Counted from the stretch's first letter, positions 1 to 14,746 are shown. The stretch: 64,000 bases of DNA from Euglena gracilis (GCA_039621445.1 CP154954.1:35201703-35265702); one strand, 5' to 3'. A program made the numbers and translations. The notes: generated by a model from the letters alone, not told the origin.

Positions 1-3000
1 AGTAACCGAATGGGTGTTCCAGGAGGCCTCCAAAGTCAGGGGACCCGTTGGTTTCATGATTGTCGTGGTTTAATGGTAAGAAAAACATGCAGCCGGAAGG
101 TTGGTTGCAAGAAATGAGCAGATTTAGATGGGTGCATTCGACCATTCCGGGGGACATTTACCAGGTCAGCCCAGGTTACCATGTAAAAATGGACCAAATT
201 GGGCCTTACTCCGAGTAACCGAATGGGTGTTCCAGGAGGCCTCCAAAGTCAGGGGACCCGTTGGTTTCATGATTGTCGTGGTTTAATGGTAAGAAAGACA
301 TGCAGCGGGAATGTTGGTTGCAAGAAATGAGCAGATTTAGATGGGTGCATTCGACCATTCCGGGGGACATTTACCAGGTCAGCCCAGGTTACCATGTAAA
401 AATGGACCAAGTTGGGCCTTACTCCGAGTAACCGAATGGGTGTTCCAGGAGGCCTCCAAAGTCAGGGGACCCGTTGGTTTCATGATTGTCGTGGTTTAAT
501 GGTAAGAAAAACATGCAGCGGGAACGCTGGTTGCAAGAAATGAGCAGATTTAGATGGGTGCATTCGACCATTCCGGGGGACATTTACCAGGTCAGCCCAG
601 GTTACCATGTAAAAATGGACCAAATTGGGCCTTACTCCGAGTAACCGAATGGGTGTTCCAGGAGGCCTCCAAAGTCAGGGGACCCGTTGGTTTCATGATT
701 GTCGTGGTTTAATGGTAAGAAAAACATGCAGCGGGAATGTTGGTTGCAAGAAATGAGCAGATTTAGATGGGTGCATTCGACCATTCCGGGGGACATTTAC
801 CAGGTCAGCCCAGGTTACCATGTAAAAATGGACCAAATTGGGCCTTACTCCGAGTAACCGAATGGGTGTTCCAGGAGGCCTCCAAAGTCAGGGGGCCCCT
901 TGGTTTCATGATTGTCGTGGTTTAATGGTAAGAAAAACATGCAGCCGGAAGGTTGGTTGCAAGAAATGAGCACATTTAGATGGGTGCATTCGACCATTCC
1001 GGGGGACATTTACCAGGTCAGCCCAGGTTACCATGTAAAAATGGACCAAATTGGGCCTTACTCCGAGTAACCGAATGGGTGTTCCAGGAGGCCTCCAAAG
1101 TCAGGGGACCCGTTGGTTTCATGATTGTCGTGGTTTAATGGTAAGAAAAACATGCAGCGGGTGTTGGTTGCAAGAAATGAGCAGATTTAGATGGGTGCAT
1201 TCGACCATTCCGGGGGACATTTACCAGGTCAGCCCAGGTTACCATGTAAAAATGGACCAAATTGGGCCTTACTCCGAGTAACCGAATGGGTGTTCCAGGA
1301 GGCCTCCAAAGTCAGGGGACCCGTTGGTTTCATGATTGTCGTGGTTTAATGGTAAGAAAAACATGCAGCCGGAAGGTTGGTTGCAAGAAATGAGCACATT
1401 TAGATGGGTGCATTCGACCATTCCGGGGGACATTTACCAGGTCAGCCCAGGTTACCATGTAAAAATGGACCAAATTGGGCCTTACTCCGAGTAACCGAAT
1501 GGGTGTTCCAGGAGGCCTCCAAAGTCAGGGGACCCGTTGGTTTCATGATTGTCGTGGTTTAATGGTAATAAAAAACATGCAGCCGGAAGGTTGGTTGCAA
1601 GAAATGAGCACATTTAGATGGGTGCATTCGACCATTCCGGGGGACATTTACCAGGTCAGCCCAGGTTACCATGTAAAAATGGACCAAATTGGGCCGTACT
1701 CCGAGTAACCGAATGGGTGTTCCAGGAGGCCTCCAAAGTCAGGGGACCCGTTGGTTTCATGATTGTCGTGGTTTAATGGTAAAAAAAAACATGCAGCGTG
1801 TGTTGGTTGCAAGAAATGAGCAGATTTAGATGGGTGCATTCGACCATTCCGGGGGACATTTACCAGGTCAGCCCAGGTTACCATGTAAAAATGGACCAAA
1901 TTGGGCCTTACTCCGAGTAACCGAATGGGTGTTCCAGGAGGCCTCCAAAGTCAGGGGACCCGTTGGTTTCATGATTGTCGTGGTTTAATGGTAAGAAAAA
2001 CATGCAGCGGGGCATGTTGGTTGCAAGAAATGAGCACATTTAGATGGGTGCATTCGACCATTCCGGGGGACATTTACCAGGTCAGCCCAGGTTACCATGT
2101 AAAAATGGACCAAATTGGGCCGTACTCCGAGTAACCGAATGGGTGTTCCAGGAGGCCTCCAAAGTCAGGGGACCCGTTGGTTTCATGATTGTCGTGGTTT
2201 AATGGTAAGAAAAACATGCAGCTGGAAGGTTGGTTGCAAGAAATGAGCACATTTAGATGGGTGCATTCGACCATTCCGGGGGACATTTACCAGGTCAGCC
2301 CAGGTTACCATGTAAAAATGGACCAAATTGGGCCGTACTCCGAGTAACCGAATGGGTGTTCCAGGAGGCCTCCAAAGTCAGGGGACCCGTTGGTTTCATG
2401 ATTGTCGTGGTTTAATGGTAAGAAAAACATGCAGCGGGGCATGTTGGTTGCAAGAAATGAGCACATTTAGATGGGTGCATTCGACCATTCCGGGGGACAT
2501 TTACCAGGTCAGCCCAGGTTACCATGTAAAAATGGACCAAATTGGGCCTTACTCCGAGTAACCGAATGGGTGTTCCAGGAGGCCTCCAAAGTCAGGGGAC
2601 CCGTTGGTTTCACGATTTTCGTGGTTTAATGGTAAGAAAAACATGCAGCGGAAATGTTGGTTGCAAGAAATGAGCAGATTTAGATGGGTGCATTCGACCA
2701 TTCCGGGGGACATTTACCAGGTCAGCCCAGGTTACCATGTAAAAATGGACCAAATTGGGCCGTACTCCGAGTAACCGAATGGGTGTTCCAGGAGGCCTCC
2801 AAAGTCAGGGGACCCGTTGGTTTCATGATTGTCGTGGTTTAATGGTAAGAAAAACATGCAGCCGGAATGTTGGTTGCAAGAAATGAGCATATTTAGATGG
2901 GTGCATTCGACCATTCCGGGGGACATTTACCAGGTCAGCCCAGGTTACCATGTAAAAATGGACCAAATTGGGCCGTACTCCGAGTAACCGAATGGGTGTT

Positions 3001-6000
3001 CCAGGAGGCCTCCAAAGTCAGGGGACCCGTTGGTTTCACGATTGTCGTGGTTTAATGGTAAAAAAAAACATGCAGCGTGTGTTGGTTGCAAGAAATGAGC
3101 AGATTTAGATGGGTGCATTCGACCATTCCGGGGGACATTTACCAGGTCAGCCCAGGTTACCATGTAAAAATGGACCAAATTGGGCCGTACTCCGAGTAAC
3201 CGAATGGGTGTTCCAGGAGGCCTCCAAAGTCAGGGGACCCGTTGGTTTCATGATTGTCGTGGTTTAATGGTAAGAAAAACATGCAGCGGAAATGTTGGTT
3301 GCAAGAAATGAGCAGATTTAGATGGGTGCATTCGACCATTCCGGGGGACATTTACCAGGTCAGCCCAGGTTACCATGTAAAAATGGACCAAATTGGGCCT
3401 TACTCCGAGTAACCGAATGGGTGTTCCAGGAGGCCTCCAAAGTCAGGGGACCCGTTGGTTTCATGATTGTCGTGGTTTAATGGTAAGAAAAACATGCAGC
3501 CGGAATGTTGGTTGCAAGAAATGAGCATATTTAGATGGGTGCATTCGACCATTCCGGGGGACATTTACCAGGTCAGCCCAGGTTACCATGTAAAAATGGA
3601 CCAAATTGGGCCTTACTCCGAGTAACCGAATGGGTGTTCCAGGAGGCCTCCAAAGTCAGGGGACCCGTTGGTTTCATGATTGTCGTGGTTTAATGGTAAA
3701 AAAAAACATGCAGCGTGTGTTGGTTGCAAGAAATGAGCAGATTTAGATGGGTGCATTCGACCATTCCGGGGGACATTTACCAGGTCAGCCCAGGTTACCA
3801 TGTAAAAATGGACCAAATTGGGCCTTTCTCCGAGTAACCGAATGGGTGTTCCAGGAGGCCTCCAAAGTCAGGGGACCCGTTGGTTTCATGATTGTCGTGG
3901 TTTAATGGTAAGAAAAACATGCAGCCGGAAGGTTGGTTGCAAGAAATGAGCAGATTTAGATGGGTGCATTCGACCATTCCGGGGGACATTTACCAGGTCA
4001 GCCCAGGTTACCATGTAAAAATGGACCAAATTGGGCCTTACTCCGAGTAACCGAATGGGTGTTCCAGGAGGCCTCCAAAGTCAGGGGACCCGTTGGTTTC
4101 ATGATTGTCGTGGTTTAATGGTAAGAAAAACATGCAGCCGGAAGGTTGGTTGCAAGAAATGAGCACATTTAGATGGGTGCATTCGACCATTCCGGGGGAC
4201 ATTTACCAGGTCAGCCCAGGTTACCATGTAAAAATGGACCAAATTGGGCCTTACTCCGAGTAACCGAATGGGTGTTCCAGGAGGCCTCCAAAGTCAGGGG
4301 ACCCGTTGGTTTCATGATTGTCGTGGTTTAATGGTAAAAAAAAAACATGCAGCCGGAAGGTTGGTTGCAAGAAATGAGCACATTTAGATGGGTGCATTCG
4401 ACCATTCCGGGGGACATTTACCAGGTCAGCCCAGGTTACCATGTAAAAATGGACCAAATTGGGCCTTACTCCGAGTAACCGAATGGGTGTTCCAGGAGGC
4501 CTCCAAAGTCAGGGGACCCCTTGGTTTCATGATTGTCGTGGTTTAATGGTAAGAAAAACATGCAGCCGGAAGGTTGGTTGCAAGAAATGAGCACATTTAG
4601 ATGGGTGCATTCGACCATTCCGGGGGACATTTACCAGGTCAGCCCAGGTTACCATGTAAAAATGGACCAAATTGGGCCTTACTCCGAGTAACCGAATGGG
4701 TGTTCCAGGAGGCCTCCAAAGTCAGGGGACCCGTTGGTTTCATGATTGTCGTGGTTTAATGGTAAGAAAAACATGCAGCGGAAATGTTGGTTGCAAGAAA
4801 TGAGCAGATTTAGATGGGTGCATTCGACCATTCCGGGGGACATTTACCAGGTCAGCCCAGGTTACCATGTAAAAATGGACCAAATTGGGCCTTACTCCGA
4901 GTAACCGAATGGGTGTTCCAGGAGGCCTCCAAAGTCAGGGGACCCGTTGGTTTCATGATTGTCGTGGTTTAATGGTAAAAAAAAACATGCAGCGTGTGTT
5001 GGTTGCAAGAAATGAGCAAGTTTAGATGGGTGCATTCGACCATTCCGGGGGACATTTACCAGGACAGCCCAGGTTACCATGTAAAAATGGACCAAATTGG
5101 GCCTTTCTCTGAGTAACCGAATGAGGGTTCCAGGAGGCCTCCAAAGTCAGGGGACCCGTTGGCTTCATGATTGTCGTGGTTTAAGGGTAAAAAAAACATG
5201 CAGCAGGAAGGTTGGTTGCAAGAAATGAGCAGATTTAGATGGGTGCATTCGACCATTCCGGGGGACATTTACCAGGTCAGCCCAGGTTACCATGTAAAAA
5301 TGGACCAAATTGGGCCTTACTCCGAGTAACCGAATGGGTGTTCCAGGAGGCCTCCAAAGTCAGGGGACCCGTTGGTGTCATGATTGTCGTGGTTTAATGG
5401 TAGGAAAAAACATGCAGCGGGAACGCTGGTTGCAAGAAATGAGCACATTTAGATGGGTGCATTCGACCATTCCGGGGGACATTTACCAGGTCAGCCCAGG
5501 TTACCATGTAAAAATGGACCAAATTGGGCCGTACTCCGAGTAACCGAATGGGTGTTCCAGGAGGCCTCCAAAGTCAGGGGACCCGTTGGTTTCATGATTG
5601 TCGCCGTTTAAGGGTTAAAAAAAACATGCAGCAGGAAGGTTGGTTGCAAGAAATGAGCAGATTTAGATGGGTGCATTCGACCATTCCGGGGGACATTTAC
5701 CAGGTCAGCCCAGATTACCATGTAAAAATGGACCAAATTGGGCCTTACTCCGAGTAACCGAATGGGTGTTCCAGGAGGCCTCCAAAGTCAGGGGGCCCCT
5801 TGGTTTCATGATTGTCGTGGTTTAATGGTAAGAAAAACATGCAGCCGGAAGGTTGGTTGCAAGAAATGTGCACATTTAGATGGGTGCATTCGACCATTCC
5901 GGGGGACATTTACCAGGTCAGCCCAGGTTACCACGTAAAAATGGACCAAATGGGGCCGTACTCTGAGTAACCGAATGGGTGTTCCAGGAGGCCTCCAAAG

Positions 6001-9000
6001 TCAGGGGACCCGTTGGTTTCATGAGTGTCGTGGTTTAATGGTAGAAAAAACATGCAGCCAGAAGGTTGGTTGCAAGAAATGAGCACATTTAGATGGGTGC
6101 ATTTGACCATTCCGGGGGACATTTACCAGGTCAGCCCAGATTACCATGTAAAAATGGACCAAATTGGGCCTTACTCCGAGTAACCGAATGGGTGTTCCAG
6201 GAGGCCTCCAAAGTCAGGGGGCCTCTTGGTTTCATGATTGTCGTGGTTTAATGGTAAGAAAAACATGCAGCCGGAAGGTTGGTTGCAAGAAATGAGCACA
6301 TTTAGATGGGTGCATTCGACCATTCCGGGGGACATTTACCAGGTCAGCCCAGGTTACCATGTAAAAATGGACCAAATGGGACCTTATTCCGAGTAACCGA
6401 ATGGGTGTTCCAGGAGGCCTCCAAAGTCAAGGGACCCGTTGGTTTCACGATTGTCGTGGTTTAATGGAAAGAAAAACATGCAGTGGGTGTTGGTTGCAAG
6501 AAATGAGCAGATTTAGATGGGTGCATTCGACCATTCCGGGGGACATTTACCAGGACAGCCCAGGTTACCATGTAAAAATGGACCAAATTGGGCCTTACTC
6601 CGAGTAACCGAATGGGTGTTCCAGGAGGCCTCCAAAGTCAAGGGACCCGTTGGTTTAATGATTGTCGTGGTTTAATGGTAAGAAAAACACGCAGCCGGAA
6701 GGTTGGTTGCAAGAAATGAGCACATATAGATGGGTGCATTCGACCATTCCGGGGGACATTTACCAGGTCAGCCCAGGTTACCATGTAAAAATGGACCAAA
6801 TTGGACCGTACTCCGAGTTACCGAATGGGTGTTCCAGGAGGCCTCCAAAGTCAGGGGACCCGTTGGTTTCATGATTGTCGTGGTTTAATGGTAAAGAAAA
6901 CATGCAGCCGGAAGGTTGGTTGCAAGAAATGAGCAGATTTAGATGGGTGCATTCGACCATTCCGGGGGACATTTACCAGGTCAGCCCAGGTTACCATGTA
7001 AAAATGGACCAAATTGGGCCGTACTCCGAGTTACCGAATGGGTGTTCCAGGAGGCCTCCAAAGTCAGGGGGCCCCTTGGTTTCACGATTTTCGTGGTTTA
7101 ATGGTAAGAAAAACATGCAGCGGGAATGTTGGTTGCAAGAAATGAGCAGATTTAGATGGGTGCATTTGACCATTCCGGGGGACATTTACCAGGTCAGCCC
7201 AGATTACCATGTAAAAATGGACCAAATTGGACCTTACTCCGAGTAACCGAATGGGTGTTCCAGGAGGCCTCCAAAGTCAGGGGGCCCCTTGGTTTCATGA
7301 TTGTCGTGGTTTAATGGTAAGAAAAACATGCAGCCGGAAGGTTGGTTGCAAGAAATGTGCACATTTAGATGGGTGCATTCGACCATTCCGGGGGACATTT
7401 ACCAGGTCAGCCCAGGTTACCATGTAAAAATGGACCAAATGGGGCCGTACTCTGAGTAACCAAATGGGTGTTCCAGGAGGCCTCCAAAGTCAGGGGACCC
7501 GTTGGTTTCATGAGTGTCGTGGTTTAATGGTAGAAAAAACATGCAGCCAGAAGGTTGGTTGCAAGAAATGAGCACATTTAGATGGGTGCATTTGACCATT
7601 CCGGGGGACATTTACCAGGTCAGCCCAGATTACCATGTAAAAATGGACCAAATTGGGCCTTACTCCGAGTAACCGAATGGGTGTTCCAGGAGGCCTCCAA
7701 AGTCAGAGGGCCCCTTGGTTTCATGATTGTCGTGGTTTAATGGTAAGAAAAACATGCAGCCGGAAGGTTGGTTGCAAGAAATGTGCACATTTAGATGGGT
7801 GCATTCGACCATTCCGGGGGACATTTACCAGGTCAGCCCAGGTTACCATGTAAAAATGGACCAAATTGGGCCTTACTCCGAGTAACCGAATGGGTGTTCC
7901 AGGAGGCCTCCAAAGTCAAGGGACCCGTTGGTTTCACGATTTTCGTGGTTTAATGGTAAGAAAAACATGCAGCGGGAATGTTGGTTGCAAGAAATGAGCA
8001 GATTTAGATGGGTGCATTTGACCATTCCGGGGGACATTTACCAGGTCAGCCCAGGTTACCATGTAAAAATGGACCAAATTGGGCCGTACTCCGAGTAACC
8101 GAATGGGTGTTCCAGGAGGCCTCCAAAGTCAGGGGACCCGTTGGTTTCACGATTGTCGTGGTTTAATGGAAAGAAAAACATGCAGCGGGTGTTGGTTGCA
8201 AGAAATGAGCAGATTTAGATGGGTGCATTCGACCATTCCGGGGGACATTTACCAGGTCAGCCCAGGTTACCATGTAAAAATGGACCAAATTGGGCCTTAC
8301 TCCGAGTAACCGAATGGGTGTTCCAGGAGGCCTCCAAAGTCAAGGGACCCGTTGGTTTAATGATTGTCGTGGTTTAATGGTAAGAAAAACATGCAGCCGG
8401 AAGGTTGGTTGCAAGAAATGAGCACATTTAGATGGGTGCATTCGACCATTCCGGGGGACATTTACCAGGTCAGCCCAGGTTACCATGTAAAAATGGACCA
8501 AATTGGGCCGTACTCCGAGTAACCGAATGGGTGTTCCAGGAGGCCTCCAAAGTCAGGGGACCCGTTGGTTTCATGATTGTCGTGGTTTAATGGTAAGAAA
8601 AACATGCAGCCGGAAGGTTGGTTGCAAGAAATGAGCAGATTTAGATGGGTGCATTCGACCATTCCGGGGGACATTTACCAGGTCAGCCCAGGTTACCATG
8701 TAAAAATGGACCAAATTGGGCCTTACTCCGAGTAACCGAATGGGTGTTCCAGGAGGCCTCCAAAGTCAGGGGGCCCGTTGGTTTCACGATTTTCGTGGTT
8801 TAATGGTAAGAAAAACATGCAGCGGGAATGTTGGTTGCAAGAAATGAGCAGATTTAGATGGGTGCATTCGACCATTCCGGGGGACATTTACCAGGTCAGC
8901 CCAGTTTACCATGTAAAAATGGACCAAATTGGGCCTTACTCCGAGTAACCGAATGGGTGTTCCAGGAGGCCTCCAAAGTCAGGGGACCCGTTGGTTTCAT

Positions 9001-12000
9001 GATTGTCGTGGTTTAATGGTAAGAAAAACATGCAGCCGGAAGGTTGGTTGCAAGAAATGAGCACATTTAGATGGGTGCATTCGACCATTCCGGGGGACAT
9101 TTACCAGGTCAGCCCAGGTTACCATGTAAAAATGGACCAAATGGGGCCTTACTCCGAGTAACCGAATGGGTGTTCCAGGAGGCCTCCAAAGTCAAGGGAC
9201 CCGTTGGTTTCACGATTTTCGTGGTTTAATGGTAAGAAAAACATGCAGCGGGAATGTTGGTTGCAAGAAATGAGCAGATTTAGATGGGTGCATTCGACCA
9301 TTCCGGGGGACATTTACCAGGTCAGCCCAGGTTACCATGTAAAAATGGACCAAATTGGGCCTTACTCCGAGTAACCGAATGGGTGTTCCAGGAGGCCTCC
9401 AAAGTCAGGGGACCCGTTGGTTTCATGATTGTCGTGGTTTAATGGTAAGAAAAACACGCAGCCGGAAGGTTAGTTGCAAGAAATGAGCACATTTAGATGG
9501 GTGCATTCGACCATTCCGGGGGACATTTACCAGGTCAGCCCAGGTTACCATGTAAAAATGGACCAAATTGGGCCTTACTCCGAGTAACCGAATGGGTGTT
9601 CCAGGAGGCCTCCAAAGTCAGGGGACCCGTTGGTTTCATGATTGTCGTGGTTTAATGGTAAGAAAAACATGCAGCGGGAATGTTGGTTGCAAGAAATGAG
9701 CAGATTTAGATGGGTGCATTCGACCATTCCGGGGGACATTTACCAGGTCAGCCCAGGTTACCATGTAAAAATGGACCAAATGGGGCCGTACTCCGAGTAA
9801 CCGAATGGGTGTTCCAGGAGGCCTCCAAAGTCAGGGGACCCGTTGGTTTCATGATTGTCGTGGTTTAATGGTAAGAAAAACATGCAGCCGGAAGGTTGGT
9901 TGCAAGAAATGAGCAGATTTAGATGGGTGCATTCGACCATTCCGGGGGACATTTACCAGGTCAGCCCAGGTTACCATGTAAAAATGGACCAAATTGGGCC
10001 GTACTCCGAGTAACCGAATGGGTGTTCCAGGAGGCCTCCAAAGTCAGGGGGCCCCTTGGTTTCACTATTTTCGTGGTTTAATGGTAAGAAAAACATGCAG
10101 CGGGAATGTTGGTTGCAAGAAATGAGCAGATTTAGATGGGTGCATTTGACCATTCCGGGGGACATTTACCAGGTCAGCCCAGGTTACCATGTAAAAATGG
10201 ACCAAATGGGGCCGTACTCCGAGTAACCGAATGGGTGTTCCAGGAGGCCTCCAAAGTCAGGGGACCCGTTGGTTTCATGATTGTCGTGGTTTGATGGTAG
10301 GAAAAAACATGCAGCGGGAACGCTGGTTGCAAGAAATGAGCACATTTAGATGGGTGCATTCGACCATTCCGGGGGACATTTACCAGGTCAGCCCAGGTTA
10401 CCATGTAAAAATGGACCAAATTGGGCCTTACTCCGAGTAACCGAATGGGTGTTCCAGGAGGCCCCCAAAGTCAGGGGACCCGTTGGTTTCATGATTGTCG
10501 CTGTTTAAGGGTAAAAAAAACATGCAGCAGGAAGGTTGGTTGCAAGAAATGAGCAGATTTAGATGGGTGCATTCGACCATTCCGGGGGACATTTACCAGG
10601 TCAGCCCAGGTTACCATGTAAAAATGGACCAAATTGGGCCGTACTCCGAGTTACCGAATGGGTGTTCCAGGAGGCCTCCAAAGTCAGGGGGCCCCTTGGT
10701 TTCACTATTTTCGTGGTTTAATGGTAAGAAAAACATGCAGCGGGAATGTTGGTTGCAAGAAATGAGCAGATTTAGATGGGTGCATTCGACCATTCCGGGG
10801 GACATTTACCAGGTCAGCCCAGGTTACCATGTAAAAATGGACCAAATTGGGCCTTACTCCGAGTAACCGAATGGGTGTTCCAGGAGGCCTCCAAAGTCAG
10901 GGGACCCGTTGGTTTCATGATTGTCGTGGTTTAATGGTAAGAAAAACATGCAGCGGGTGTTGGTTGCAAGAAATGAGCAGATTTAGATGGGTGCATTCGC
11001 CCATTCCGGGGGACATTTACCAGGTCAGCCCAGGTTACCATGTAAAAATGGACCAAATGGGGCCGTACTCCGAGTAACCGAATGGGTGTTCCAGGAGGCC
11101 TCCAAAGTCAGGGGACTCGTTGGTGTCATGATTGTCGTGGTTTAATGGTAAGAAAAACATGCAGCCGAAAGGTTGGTTGCAAGAAATGAGCAGATTTAGA
11201 TGGGTGCATTCGATCATTCCGGGGGACATTTACCAGGTCAGCCCAGGTTACTATGCAAAAATGGACCAAATTGGGCCTTACTCCGAGTAACCGAATGGGT
11301 GTTCCAGGAGGCCTCCAAAGTCAGGGGACCCGTTGGTTTCATGATTGTCGTGGTTTAATGGTAAGAAAAACGTGCAACCGGAAGGTTGGTTGCAAGAAAT
11401 GAGCAGATTTAGATGGGTGCATTCGACCATTCCGGGGGACATTTACCAGGTCAGCCCAGGTTACCATGTAAAAATTGACCAAATTGTGCCTTACTCTGAG
11501 TAACCGAATGGGTGTTCCAGGAGGCCTCCAAAGTCAGGGGACCCGTTGGTTTCATGATTGTCGTGGTTTAATGGTAGGAAAAACATGCAGCCAAAAGGTT
11601 GGTTGCAAGAAATGAGCACATTTAGATGGGTGCATTCGACCATTCCGGGGGACATTTACCAGGTCAGCCCAGGTTACCATGTAAAAATGGACCAAATTGG
11701 GCCTTACTCCGAGTAACCGAATGGGTGTTCCAGGAGGCCTCCAAAGTCAGGGGACCCGTTGGTTTCATGATTGTCGTGGTTTAATGGTAAGAAAAACATG
11801 CAGCGCGAATGTTGGTTGCAAGAAATGAGCAGATTTAGATGGGTGCATTCGACCATTCCGGGGGACATTTACCAGGTCAGCCCAGGTTACCATGTAAAAA
11901 TGGACCAAATTGGGCCTTACTCTGAGTAACCGAATGGGTGTTCCAGGAGGCCTCCAAAGTCAGGGGACCCGTTGGTTTCATGATTGTCGTGGTTTAATGG

Positions 12001-14313
12001 TAAGAAAAACATGCAGCCGGAAAGTTGGTTGCAAGAAATGAGCAGATTTAGATGGGTGCATTCGACCATTCCGGGGGACATTTACCAGGTCAGCCCAGGT
12101 TACCATATAAAAATGGACCAAATTGGGCCTTACTCCGAGTTACCGAATGGGTGTTCCAGGAGGCCTCCAAAGTCAGGGGACCCGTTGGTTTCATGATTGT
12201 CGTGGTTTAATGGTAAGAAAAACATGCAGCCGAAAGGTTGGTTGCAAGAAATGAGCAGATTTAGATAGGTGCATTCGACCATTCCGGGGGACATTTACCA
12301 GGTCAGCCCAGGTTACCATGTAAAAATGGACCAAATTGGGCCTTACTCCGAGTAACCGAATGGGTGTTCCAGGAGGCCTCCAAAGTCAGGGGACCCGTTG
12401 GTTTCATGATTGTCGTGGTTTAATGGTAAGAAAAACATGCAGCCGAAAGGTTGGTTGCAAGAAATGAGCAGATTTAGATGGGTGCATTCGACCATTCCGG
12501 GGGACATTTACCAGGTCAGCCCAGGTTACCATGTAAAAATGGACCAAATTGGGCCTTACTCCGAGTAACCGAATGGGTGTTCCAGGAGGCCTCCAAAGTC
12601 AGGGGACCCGTTGGTTTCATGATTGTCGTGGTTTAATGGTAAAAAAACATGCAGCCGAAAGGTTGGTTGCAAGAAATGAGCAGATTTAGATAGGTGCATT
12701 CGACCATTCCGGGGGACATTTACCAGGTCAGCCCAGGTTACCATGTAAAAATGGACCAAATTGGGCATTACTCCGAGTAACCGAATGGGTGTTCCAGGAG
12801 GCCTCCAAAGTCAGGGGACCCGTTGGTTTCATGATTGTCGTGGTTTAATGGTAGAAAAAACATGCAGCGGGAATGTTGGTTGCAAGAAATGAGCACATTT
12901 AGATGGGTGCATTCGACCATTCCGGGGGACATTTACCAGGTCAGCCCCGGTTCCCATGTAAAAATGGACCAAATTGGGCCTTACTCCGAGTAACCGAATG
13001 GGTGTTCCAGGAGGCCTCCAAAGTCAGGGGACCCGTTGGTTTCATGATTGTCGTGGTGTAATGGTAGAAACAACATGCAGCGGGAATGTTGGTTGCAAGA
13101 AATGAGCACATTTAGATGGGTGCATTCGACCATTCCGGGGGACATTTACCAGGTCAGCCCAGGTTACCATGTAAAAATGGACCAAATTGGGCCTTACTCC
13201 GAGTAACCGAATGGGTGTTCCAGGAGGCCTCCAAAGTCAGGGGACCCGTTGGTTTCATGATTGTCGTGGTTTAATGGTAAGAAAAACATGCAGCGGGAAT
13301 GTTGGTTGCAAGAAATGAGCACATTTAGATGGGTGCATTCGACCATTCCGGGGGACATTTACCAGGTCAGCCCAGGTTACCATGTAAAAATGGACCAAAT
13401 TGGGCCTTACTCCGAGTAACCGAATGGGTGTTCCAGGAGGCCTCCAAAGTCAGGGGACCCGTTGGTTTCATGATTGTCGTGGTTTAATGGTAAGAAAAAC
13501 ATGCAGCCGAAAGGTTGGTTGCAAGAAATGAGCAGATTTAGATAGGTGCATTCGACCATTCCGGGAGACATTTACCAGGTCAGCCCAGGTTCCCATGTAA
13601 AAATGGACCAAATTGGGCCTTACTCCGAGTAACCGAATGGGTGTTCCAGGAGGCCTCCAAAGTCAGGGGACCCGTTGGTTTCATGATTGTCGTGGTTTAA
13701 TGGTAAGAAAAATATGCAGCCGAAAGGTTGGTTGCAAGAAATGAGCAGATTTAGATAGGTGCATTCGACCATTCCGGGAGACATTTACCAGGTCAGCCCA
13801 GGTTACCATGTAAAAATGGACCAAATTGGGCCTTACTCCGAGTAACCGAATGGGTGTTCCAGGAGGCCTCCAAAGTCAGGGGACCCGTTGGTTTCATGAT
13901 TGTCGTGGTTTAATGGTAAGAAAAATATGCAGCCGAAAGGTTGGTTGCAAGAAATGAGCAGATTTAGATAGGTGCATTCGACCATTCCGGGAGACATTTA
14001 CCAGGTCAGCTCAGGTTACCATGTAAAAATAAACCACATTGGGCCGTACTCCGAGTAACCGAATGGGTGTTCCAGGAGGCCTCCAAAGTCAGGGGACACG
14101 TTGGTTTCATGATTGTCGTGGTTTAATGGTAGAAAAAACATGCAGCGGGAATGTTGGTTGGAAGAAATGAGCAGATTTAGATGGGTGCATTCGACCATTC
14201 CGGGGGACATTTACCAGGTCAGCCCAGATTACCACGTAAAAATGGACCAAATTGGGCCGTACTCCGAGTAACCGAATGGGTGTTCCAGGAGGCCTCCAAA
14301 GTCAGGGGACCCG
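1..14313 (+). repeat. 213-bp tandem satellite array, block A (~67 monomers)
   Basis: Unit AGTAACCGAATGGGTGTTCCAGGAGGCCTCC...GGGCCTTACTCCG recurs every ~213 bp with scattered SNPs and 1-2 bp indels; GGGGACATTT variant. Confidence 0.98.
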
Positions 14314-14746
14314 AGTGTACGTCCCACCCCGGCTTTTCTACTTACGCTTTCCTCCTGAAAAGCCCGCGGGGGGAGTAACAATAAAATTTGCTTCCCTTTT
14401 CCCCTTTTGAATGCAAAGCACACAAGCAGAAGAATTGGTGGGACCGCAGTCCCTTATATGATTGTGACTTTTGCTAATTCGAGCTTTGTAAAAGAAAGAA
14501 AGAAAACTTCTATTCAAATGGGACTTCGCCCTCAGAATTCTAAAACAGAATTGCAAAGCACCAAACCCTGTAACCTTGAATTAGGAACCAGTTACTTTCG
14601 CTAAGCTTTCGCTAGCTCTGAGATTCTCTCTTTGTCTTATGGTTTTAACCATGCCACTGTGTACGGCCCGGCCGTAGCCAGGTTGTAGGCCGTAGCCCCT
14701 TGTATCTGGTACACAGTGCCATGGCAGAATGGCTGCCTGGTACACA
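14314..14746 (-). repeat. 3' LTR (433 bp including terminal dinucleotides)
   Basis: Direct repeat of 26572-27004 with 8 substitutions by my count; minus strand reads TG-TGTAC...GTACA-CT. Confidence 0.96.

Noticed and set aside
1-14313. CRISPR array or tandem RNA-gene (5S/SL/tRNA) cluster
   Set aside because: No unique spacers and no cas genes; no tRNA cloverleaf or 5S similarity recognised. GGTTTAAT and GGTAAG only superficially recall a spliced leader.
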